DNA from: Azolla caroliniana
Taxonomy: Eukaryota > Plantae > Polypodiophyta
Assembly: GCA_043228905.1 (NCBI GenBank)
Contig: JBHGNT010000020.1
Coordinates: 15,314,001-15,378,000 of the forward strand
Direction of reading: 5' to 3'
Length of the DNA stretch: 64,000 bases
Position 1 is the stretch's first letter. Every line of letters begins with the position of its first letter. Of the stretch, positions 55,041-64,000 are shown one piece after another. Position numbers and translations under genes: made by a program. The notes under the pieces were generated by a model. It ran no database searches. It worked only from the letters and a program-made list of their open reading frames with translations, and was not told the DNA's origin.

Positions 55041-55717
55041 AAGGTCCACACAGAGCTCTTTAAGTTATGTGCTTAGACTAAGGCAAAAAACTGATAAGCT
55101 CCTCTCTAAACAGAAGCTCCCTCAATATATTGTCTATATTATTTAATATTATATTAATACAATACATAAAGATATTATTCAACATACTAATATTAAACAC
55201 ATAAAGATATAATTGTATTCAACATATTAATAATTACTTAAACTAGTCTGTATAAAGTTAAATCAAGTATAATATAATTACAATCATTATGAAGCCATAT
55301 ATATGTTGGATTAAAGTTAAAATCATTGGTTAATTAATGGCACCCATATTTAATATAGAACTTCTCAGTCATTGGTTCATTCATGCCCACCTATTTAAAT
55401 ATAAGAATTTTCAATCATTGCTTCATTCATGCCCACATCTTTAATACAAAGAAATTAAGAGTCATAAAAATGTTGCTTTGAGTAATCAATCATTGGTTCA
55501 TTCATGAACCTCTATCATTGTTTCCTTCATGACCTTCAAAATCATTGTATATTATTTTGACTATAAAATAATCATCAATATGTTACTTTGACTTTGTAAT
55601 CATTGATGCAATCATAAGTAACTCTGGTTAAAGTGACTGTGGTTACTAACTAACTAATCTCAAGCTTGCCAACCCTGGTTAAAGTGATGGTGGTTACTTT
55701 AACCACTGTGGTCAATC

Positions 55718-55730
55718 CCTATAAATAGGA
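55718..55730 (+). promoter_or_regulatory. Candidate TATA box of the transposon's second gene
   Basis: CCCTATAAATAGG lies ~130 bp upstream of ATG 55853 and the AG|GTAAG donor at 55887/55888. Confidence 0.55.
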
Positions 55731-55937
55731 AGACCTCATCATATTTCAGTCACACGAAGCCCAAGAGCACATAGAGCAAACAGAGCTAACACAGCACACA
55801 GAGCACGAAGCACGAAAGCGAGATCTCCACCTAAACATCGAAAAGATCAACCATGTCTTCAAAGAAAATCGAGCGCCAGGACTCCAGGTAAGCCTCTACC
55901 ACTGTGGACATTTTTGTAAATATGTTTTAGGACTTAG

Positions 55938-56340
55938 GAACTCGATACGCCGTATCGAGTTCTTGTATAAAACCAGCAACTCGATACGGCGTATTGAGTT
56001 CTTGTTTGAAGTTTAGGTTTTATATAGGAACTCGATACGCCGTATCGAGTTCTTGTATAAAACACAAACATTATACAGGAACTCGATATGGCGTATCGAG
56101 TTCCTGTTTAAAGTTTTTGTTTGAAAGAGGAAATCGATACGCCGTATCGAGTTCCTGGATTATGTTTGCGTTTTAAACAGGAACTCGATATGACATTCCT
56201 GATACGCCGTATCGAGTTCCTATATTATGTTTGCGTTTTAAATAGGAAGTACATGTTTGATACACGAACTCAATACCCTGCATCGAGTTCATGTATAGAC
56301 ACGAACTATATACAGGAACACGATACAGCGTATCGAGTTC
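55938..56340. repeat. Array of 8 palindromic 25-bp repeats GAACTCGATACG(C/G)CGTATCGAGTTC, mostly 51-bp period
   Basis: Copies start at 55938, 55977, 56028, 56079, 56130, 56181 (interrupted), 56266 and 56316. Arms are 12 bp around one central base, with AT-rich linkers of ~26 bp. Confidence 0.95.
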
Positions 56341-57133
56341 CTGTATAAAACACACAATTCAGAGAGGAATATTGTATCTTTCGGGCAACAATTTAGTATT
56401 GTGTGAAAATATATCAAACTTTCTGTCAAAATTAGACTTTTTTTATGGAGATTTGCCATATTTTGTAACAAATAGGGGCCTTAATTATAGAGGTTTTATG
56501 ACCTAGTATAGCTTAAAATAGTAGAAAATAACCACAAATTACCTTTACGATACCAAAATAAAGTCTGTCATATGCAAATTCTCTAGAATATGGATATGGA
56601 ATCAATATAAGCCATACCTACCCTTCAAGATAATATATATCCTTGTATTCTTATTAAGATATATATTATCTAAGTTGAATAGCCCTTACTAGAATGGATT
56701 TTTGAATAAAGGACTACCATGTTCAATCAATGCATGATTGATATTTATAGTTTACCACAAATTGCATGCTAGTTTTTGTCTTCGTCTAATTATTTGTATT
56801 TTAATATACAAACTTAATCTACGTGACCACCTAACTTATGTTTTCACATGTCCTTTCTTAAATAGGTCGTTTAAGAACTTGTCAGACCGACCTATGAAGA
56901 AGATATAACTGCGCATACAGGGCTCTCCAATTGAAACACCGACCCTAATAGCTCTGGAGAACATGAAGAGAGGATGAAAGCTTCTCTTCAACGAGGAGAC
57001 AAAATCTCAACCACCCAATGAGGTCAGCCAAAAAAACTATTAGCAACTACTGGTGGTGAAGACCTTCCTAACCGTGATCTAACGGACAAGGAATGGTGTA
57101 TGTAATACGTCGACTCAAAGAAAAAAGTTGTGT

Positions 57134-57728
57134 TGTATACAACAAAGAAAAAGGGTGAGGGGCAACTTGTGTCATGATATGGCAAGACTTGAACCCATGA
57201 CCTTATGTTATATGGGTCGAGCTCTTAACCATTATACCATCTATTGTAATACATATGATGTTATTTTCATTTAAGTTTTATTATAGGAAATTAATGTATA
57301 TTCCAGATTTCTCTGGAACATTCTAGAAGCTTCAGGATTACTCTTGAAAACACTATAAAAGAAGGCACTAGGAATTATTTTGAACCAAATTGGTTGAACG
57401 CCAGTCTTAACCCTCATAGCCATCTTCTACTTATTCTTCCTATAATATATCATCTGTTATCATTATCTGTCTCTCTCTCATCCTCACTAATTCTCTCTCT
57501 ATCCTCTTGTCTTTTCTCTCTCTCGGGAGTCTTATGCAGTCCCGTCCTCTTAGTACTAATAGTACTTCCCTTCTCTAGTACTAATTCTCTCTTTGTTTTA
57601 GTACTATTCCTGACAGCTTGAAAATGAAACCGCATTTATGTATGGGCGCTATTCTACGATTTGACTACGAAGATTCAGATTCGGCCAACATACTTGTAAT
57701 GATAGAGTGCTCTAAGGGCGTACGTAAA
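57134..57728 (+). mobile_element. Solo-LTR-like insertion (595 bp) with an antisense tRNA-like segment, inside the ParB-like gene
   Basis: GTGT TSD at 57130-57133 and 57729-57732. Excision fuses ..YVDSKKKVV-FLSEDLLVKE in frame. It starts TGTA and ends GTAAA (CA end decayed), with TATA box CTATAAAAG at ~57353 and a CT-rich tract after it. Minus-strand A box TGGTATAATGG 57239-57229 and B box GGTTCAAGTCT 57195-57185. Confidence 0.7.
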
Positions 57729-60111
57729 GTGTTCCTTTCTGAAGATCTTCTAGTAAAGGAATCTTGTGGGCCAGAAGCATTTAAAAAAGATCTAGAAAGC
57801 TCAAAAAACCTTATTGTTACCTTGAGGCCTTATATACAAGGCTATGTAACTCTAAGGGAGCCATGGCCCTCCCCAGTAAAGGCCCCGAAAAGGGCATCTA
57901 AAGTACAATCAAGGCCAACAAAAAAGAAGACGACTAAAATGTCGGACTCCAACTCATCAAGCTCAAATGAAGATGAGGATACTAAGGGGACGCCAGGAGC
58001 TGTGCTTGCATCGGGTGTGTTGTCCTCCGAGCAGAATAAGATACAGAGAGAGTTAATGCAGTGTAAACTCGTAAGGAAGGGGCAAGTGTTTAATTTTCCT
58101 ATAACACACATTCATCGGCCTCCTATTGATGAAAAAACAGGACGAAGACCAGTTGAGATTAGAGAGCCACACCGAATGCATGTTCAAAATCTTAAGAAAA
58201 AAATGAAAATTAGTCCACATGCTACCGTTGTGCCTATTATTGTTATGGTGGATCCTGAAGAATGTGAAACCATTGAAGATTTCGATATAAGAAAGCATGA
58301 TCAATATAATTACTTTGTCATTGGTGGATCACATTCGGCGGATGCACGTCGGCAACTTGTCAGAGAACATCCAACGACTTTCTTCTTCAAGTATGCGCAA
58401 TGCAAAATTTACGTGGGTCTCACAACTGAAGAGGCAAAGTTGTTGGCATGGGACTACAATAATGATAATGACTATAGGCAGAAAATGTCATCGATTGAGT
58501 GTATAAGTTTCTTCCACCACAAGTATTTGGACGTCAAACAAAAGTTTGGTGTGAAGCTACATCCAGGCCTACGATGTCAATGCTTGCATGAAGTCGGCAT
58601 TGTGGTAGATGATAATGTTATGTCCGATGGTCTTCGAAAATATGAATCTTGGTTTCAACTAGCCTTTAGAGATGGAGAAGTATGGGACCTACAAGATCAA
58701 ATCTTCTAAACGTGAGAGAATAAGGAAGTCAACGATAAAAGAAATGTAAGGTAGACCCTCAACTAGAATTAAAGTCACAAGTGGCCAAAAAAATTGATTT
58801 GACAATTGAAGAAGCAACTGACGATATGAAGTTGTCTCTGTGGAGAGCAATGCAAGGTATTAAGGATTAGCAGCTTCTTGTGTCTGTTTTGTCAAGGGTT
58901 GTGGCCAAAGATTTAAGCCTTGAAGAAATGGTCGCTGAGTTCAATAAGTAAGTCTTTCAAATAGTGATACTGAAGTCAATATGGTGCTATTGAAAGTTCT
59001 AATCACGTTTTCTAATTTCACAATCATAAGATGTACATGAAGATCCAAGATGTTATGATGAAACAACTTGGATGTATAACTTGGGAACAAGTGACCGAGG
59101 ATTATCCTCTAACGTCTTCATATAAGGCGTTATCAGAGTATTTTATTGCACTTAGGGATTGGGTTAGTATTGGTGGTTTTTCATTAAGCTTTCATTATAT
59201 GTAAAGCTTGTATAATAAAACTTGATGTCCTGTTGCTTCTATTAGAAACCATGTCGTGGCAAGAAACAAGGAGAAGTTAAGGATATACACGATTTCCCGA
59301 CATCCTTCCAATACTGAATCTTTTTTGTTTGAGAACTAATTCTTCTTGTTACTTTCTTCACAGGAACGACGTCTGCATGTCCATTGAAGCTCTTTAGAAA
59401 CACAGTTGCATTGGAGAAGGACGAGAAGCAGGTTATATTTATAAACATGAGGATTAAGGCTTTGTGGGAGTGCCCATTCCAGGACGAGGAGGTCGGTGCA
59501 AAGAACCTCGCTGATACTGAAAGGTTTCAACCTACTTCGCGAGAGCCTATCCCTCCTTTGGCCGGGGAACCGGGGGAGCTAATCGAGCTTGATGATGAGC
59601 TTATAGAAGATATTTCGTTGGCTCGGCTAACAGGGGAAGCCAATGCACGTATAGCTGAAGAGACTTCTATACAGGATGATGAAGACTCTTTTAAAAACGC
59701 GAAATGTATTGTTTGGATTTCAGATTATTAATACAAATTTTGGGTTTTACTTGGTGGATTCTATTCTTTATAATCTTCTATATGTTTCAATTTTATTTTT
59801 ATATACTTGGTTAGTAGACTTATGACATTGGTTTCACCGCGTGCATTGCTAACTACCAAATTTATGGAGAAACATGAATTAGTTTAAATTGAGGCTGATT
59901 TTGGTTAAAGTTTACCTTAACATAACATGGTCGTAGAATTGTTGCCATGACTGTCCATGTTGTGATTATGGATCTTTTTCTTCTATTGTTAAAACTATTA
60001 TGTTTCTATTCCATTGCTTCTTAGATTGTGTAGTGTGTTGATAATGGTTCCACTAGCGTTATCCGCATGTTTTTATACGCTTGTAGTTCCACTAGTGTTA
60101 TCGTTCGGAGA

Positions 60112-60385
60112 TTGATCCCGTTTGAATCACCTAAGCAGTAGATTAGATCAATTTTAAATACAAGTATGAAAGCCTTAATAGGTTTGTTATTTCCACCACA
60201 TTATCCTAATGTTCACTGTCTTACATTGTCCACAATTATATACATATGGTTTGATCCCATACGAACAAACTGAGGAATAGATTAGATCAACTTTAAATAC
60301 AAGTATTAAATACTTTAATAAGTTAGTTATTGCAATCACATTATCCTAAAGTGCACTATCCTACATTGTCCAGAATTATATACAT
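60112..60385. repeat. Diverged tandem duplication, 139-bp period, near the right end of the TIR transposon
   Basis: ttgatccc at 60112 and 60251; agattagatcaa..ttaaatacaagtat..cacattatcctaa..tacattgtcca.aattatatacat at 60140 and 60279. Confidence 0.8.
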
Positions 60386-61306
60386 GCAAGTATGGGTCAA
60401 AGTATAAATTATAACTCATTTTATTAGTATGGTTACAAGTACACCTCATATTTTTGTAAAACTTACCAAATTAATATAAGTCTTTAACTTAGAGTTTCCC
60501 ATGTCGCACATTAGTGACATATTGAGCCATTGTTGAACTTTATTATGCCTACATTAACTTATCAACACGTCCAAACTTGCATGATTTCTAATGATCTCCC
60601 TCGTAGACCTATCATGTATTTTTATATTTGCAAATTCTAATCAAGTTGTGGAACATGTGATACTAGTGCATCCAATTTTTATAGAGAGGGTATATTTGGA
60701 TAGTTTCAAGAAGATTCTACAAGTGGAATGCGCAATCCTTCCACTTGTGAATGCGAACGTGTTTAAGGGTGGTCATTGGACAACTTAGGATATCATCTCA
60801 CCAACTTGAGATTGAGAATGGTCGGGCTAATAGAGTCCCTAGAGAGGAAAGGCTATGTAGGTTATGCCACATAGAGATAGAGGATGAGCATCACTTCACA
60901 TGCAAGTGCCCAACTTATGCCGAGATATGGGTGGAATACCAAGACATATTAGGACCCTCTCCCACCCTCTACAAACTATTAGTTACCCCAAGTGTAAAGA
61001 GACTAGGGAGGTATATTTTAGAGCTAAAACAACATAGGGAGAATAAATTACAAAGTGTTAACCATAACCCTTTTACTATTCATCAACATGTAACTAGTGT
61101 AAATTTTCAGGAACAAGGGGAGACGATGAATGTGGATGCACTTAAGCCGTTCGGCCTCGCTCTTGAGGAAGTAGAAATGCAAAGAACAACTAAACGCCCT
61201 CGGATGTTGGGCTTCAAAACAAGTCAGCGTGGAGTAGAAAAGATTAAGAAAATAAGGGAACGTGAGCTACATCGACTAGAAGCTATGGTTGGGGTACCTT
61301 TTACAT

Positions 61307-63541
61307 TGACATGGAAAGAATCATGTATGATTCTTGTGTAGCGGAAGAGATGTGTGTTATGTGTATGTGTGAAAGGAATTAGAGGAGAGATGAGAGAACA
61401 CAAGATAGATAGAAAAAGGAGTACTCAAGAAGAAAGTGTATATTTCACAAGTAAAATAAGAATTACAAAGTGTAGCATAATAAGTAGTCACAACCAACTT
61501 AGTATGAAGTATGAGGAGGGTGCTTTATATAGAGTCACCCTCTCTCTTCATTAACTTACAACAACCACTCTCTCTCTTAGGGAATGTTAAGACTCATAGT
61601 CATGGGGAATATGTAACTCATTAGTTATGTGTCATAGATTCATATGATTCTGTGACACATTGTTAATGTGTAGAGAGTAGTGGTGTGACTCTTGACCTTT
61701 GAGTAATCATAGATTCGCAAAAGGTGTGTTCACACATTGTGCTATGTTGAGCTTGATTCTCCACATGCTCCCTCAAGCTCAAGTCGGGTTTAATGTCCGT
61801 TTCGGTTGGTATCCGGTTCGGACGATCTCCGGGGTCTGTTTCGGCTCGTACCTAGTTCGGGCAATATCCGGTCAGACGGTATCTGGTTCTCGCTTGTACT
61901 CCCCCTCAAGCTTGGCAAGCCATGAATCGTCAATCCAAGGTCTGACATGAATAGCCGAAGCTTGTCGACTCTTAAGGCTTTGGTTAAGATGTCAGCCATC
62001 TGAAGAATCGTGTTGATGTCTTGAAGATCGACATCTCCGACCTGTACGCACTCTCGAATTAAGTGATAGTGCACTTTGATGTGCTTTGTGCGCACGTGGA
62101 ACACCAAGTTCCAAGCCAGATATATATTGGTCATGTTGTTACAGTAAATGGGAGTCGGATCCTTGATGGGGACGCCCAGATCCTTCAAAATCCTCTTGAG
62201 CCATACGACTTTACATGCAGCTACGACTGCGCCCCTGTATTCGGCCTCCGTACTCGAAAGTGCGACGGTAGGATGCTTCTTACTACTCCAAGATATTGCA
62301 TCGCTACTGAGCGAGAAGACAAATCCGGAGGTTGATCGTCGATCAGCTTTGTAGCCTGCCCAGTCTGCATCTGTGTACCCTTTGAGTCGTATTGGTGTGG
62401 TCGATGCGTAGAGAATGTTGTACAATCCATTGTGCTGCTCACGTATCGTAATACTCGTTTAGCGCAATCCAAGTGAATGTCGCGTGGTTTTTGCATGAAT
62501 TGGCTCAGGAGTCCGACTGGATAGCTAAGGTCAGGTCGAGTGATCGTGAGATAGATGAGGCTCCCAATCAGTTGACGATATTGGGTCGGCTCGCACTCGT
62601 CTGTGCTGGAGTCAACATCTAGTTTGAGGTTTCAATTGAGAGGCGCAACCACCGATTTGCACTCAGTCATCCCGAACTTGTATAATAAGTTGAGGATGTA
62701 GTGCCATTGAGAGATCATAATGCCGGTTGGAATCTGAATTACTTCGATCCCCAGGAAGTAATGGAGCTCCTTCATGTCCGTCATCTTGAATTTTTCGTAG
62801 AGGAGGGACTTGACCTTGTTGATATCGATTAGACTTTCACCTCCAATGACCAGATCATCCACGTATAGGATGATACAATTAGGCTTCTAGAGTCATGTCG
62901 TACGTAGAGGGAGTTGCCAGATTTTGACATTCGAAAGCCGATTTGATGAAGATATTGCATAAGCTTCGAATGCCAAGCACGCGGTGCCTGCTGGAGGCCG
63001 TAGAGAGGCTTCTTAAGTTGGCATACAACTTTTGGATGAATGCGTGATTCGAAGCTGGGTGGTTGTACCATGTACACCTCGTCTTCTAATTCGCCTTGAA
63101 GAAAAGTGTCCTTGATGTCCATTTGGTGGAGGAACCACCCTTTTGTCGTTGCAAGTGTGATAACGGTCCGCACCGCAGTCATCTTTGCCACCGGGGCAAA
63201 GGTCTCTTCATAGTCAACCCCATGTGTTTGTTCATATCCTTTCGTTATGAGTCGAGCTTTATAGCGGTTGACGAAGCCTTCGGCATTATACTACACCTGG
63301 TAGATCCATCGGCCTCCAATTGCTTTCTTGTGCGGTGAGTGGGGAACGAGATCCCATGTCTTGTTCTTGCGCAGTGCACGCATCTCCTCGTTCATTGCTT
63401 CGATCCATCGCGGCTTCGGAAAAGGTTTCTGGCTCCCGTACAGTTGCCACCTTCATCATAAATGCGTAATGGTACACCATGTACTCATCATAGTCGAATC
63501 TCATTGGGTGGATCTTCGAATCTTCTCATTTGCGGATTCGA
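61307..63541 (-). mobile_element. Ty1/Copia element B (3' LTR 61307-61765, RNase H, RT; 5' part rearranged or outside the window)
   Basis: Minus-strand RT/RNase H ORF remnants (62829-63191, 62632-62862, 61790-62425: YTDADWAG, SSTEAEY, TKHIKVHYH). PPT-like GAGGGAG just before TGTGGAG at 61765. The LTR ends ..TGTCA at 61307, exactly where the LINE homology stops. Same family as fragment A. Confidence 0.87.
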
Positions 63542-63705
63542 AGTCCTTCCTCATCATTGCGGAAACTGTTCCCGACAGGTAATCCTTGCGCTCCTCTTGT
63601 TGGTCTGTTGGTGTGTATGCTCTTCTGCTTTTTATTCTTCTTCTGCTTCTTCTTGTGCGTCCAAGGTGTTGTTGAGAAAATGCTTTCCTCTCTTCTCCAA
63701 TACTG
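63542..63705 (+). pseudogene. Second copy of the SSL exon end plus following intron
   Basis: SFLIIAETVPDR|GTAATCC and ~125 bp of intron closely match 50427-50582. Confidence 0.75.
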
Positions 63706-64000
63706 CGATCATGGACAGAGAGGGGTTGTTGAGTTTTTGGGTGGGATATGTCTTTACAGACACACAGAAGGGTCCAGGGACACCCCACCCCAGCCCTTGG
63801 CAATAGTGCCTCACGTTTACTCTATTTAGTGTTTATAGCCGATCGATCATCATCAACGTTTTAAAAACTCCATGGCCATGGCCATTGTAATATTGCTCTA
63901 CCTACATTCGTACAATGATGTTTGAGACCTGTGCATCCTTGATTTTTCTGTGATGGGAGGGACGATAACCACCTTCAGAATATGGTGTGCATACCAAACA

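Larger units (their letters stand above)
55853..59731 (+). pseudogene. Transposon-borne multi-exon gene encoding a ParB/Sulfiredoxin-like domain protein (decayed, interrupted by an insertion)
   Basis: Candidate exons 55853-55887, 56866-58947 (excluding the insertion 57134-57732), 59031-59162, ~59246-59311 and 59364-59731. The ORF 57618-58709 contains IREPHRMHVQNLKKKM..PIIVMV..YFVIGGSHSADARRQL..CKIYVGLTTEEAKLLAWDYN, the ParB/Srx pattern. Several stops look like C-to-T decay. Confidence 0.62.
52609..60763. mobile_element. ~8.15-kb TIR DNA transposon, Sola-superfamily-like, with two divergent genes
   Basis: 36-bp TIRs (52609-52644 AACACGTTTGCGTTCACAAGTGGAAGGATCGCACAT; 60728-60763 reverse complement with 4 transitions) and TAAG TSD at 52605-52608 and 60764-60767. 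The empty site GCACTAAGGGT is preserved in LINE copy 1 (~27003-27013, minus strand). Confidence 0.88.
50655..61306 (+). mobile_element. RTE-like LINE (copy 2), interrupted by a TIR transposon (52609-60763) and cut at its 3' end by a Copia LTR
   Basis: ORF remnants 50685-51272, 51534-52199 (GCPLSPTLFG, LLYTDD, YLG) and 52217-52608, resuming at 60764-61306 (LRVVIGQLRISSHQLEIENGR..CRLC..H..C). Collinear with and clearly homologous to copy 1. Confidence 0.88.

Noticed and set aside
55938-56340. CRISPR array (palindromic repeats with spacers)
   Set aside because: The context is a eukaryotic intron, no cas genes are present, the linkers are related to each other rather than unique, and the units flip orientation.
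57618-57728. N-terminus of the 363-aa ORF 57618-58709
   Set aside because: The first 37 codons come from the inserted element. The real frame continues from 57133 upstream.

Overview
Land-plant nuclear DNA with spliceosomal introns. The many PLS-type PPRs and the repeat landscape suggest a fern or other seed-free plant, but that is inference. Host genes: a 15-exon malectin-like/LRR receptor kinase, a compact GBF-type bZIP, TIC40, a GT31 beta-1,3-galactosyltransferase, and a head-to-head pair of PLS-E PPR genes, one of them a pseudogene. The rest is nested mobile DNA: an L1-type LINE remnant, two related RTE-like LINEs, a full-length decayed Ty1/Copia and further Copia pieces joined to a strictosidine-synthase-like gene fragment. 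Two structures stand out. (1) An ~8.15 kb TIR DNA transposon (52609-60763, 36-bp TIRs, TAAG TSD) encodes a Sola-like transposase and a divergent, intron-containing ParB/Srx-like gene whose first intron holds a ~51-bp-period array of 25-bp palindromes, a possible ParB/parS-like module. (2) Two different solo-LTR-like inserts with 4-bp TSDs each carry an antisense tRNA-like Pol III A/B-box cassette. All coordinates were read by eye and no database searches were run.
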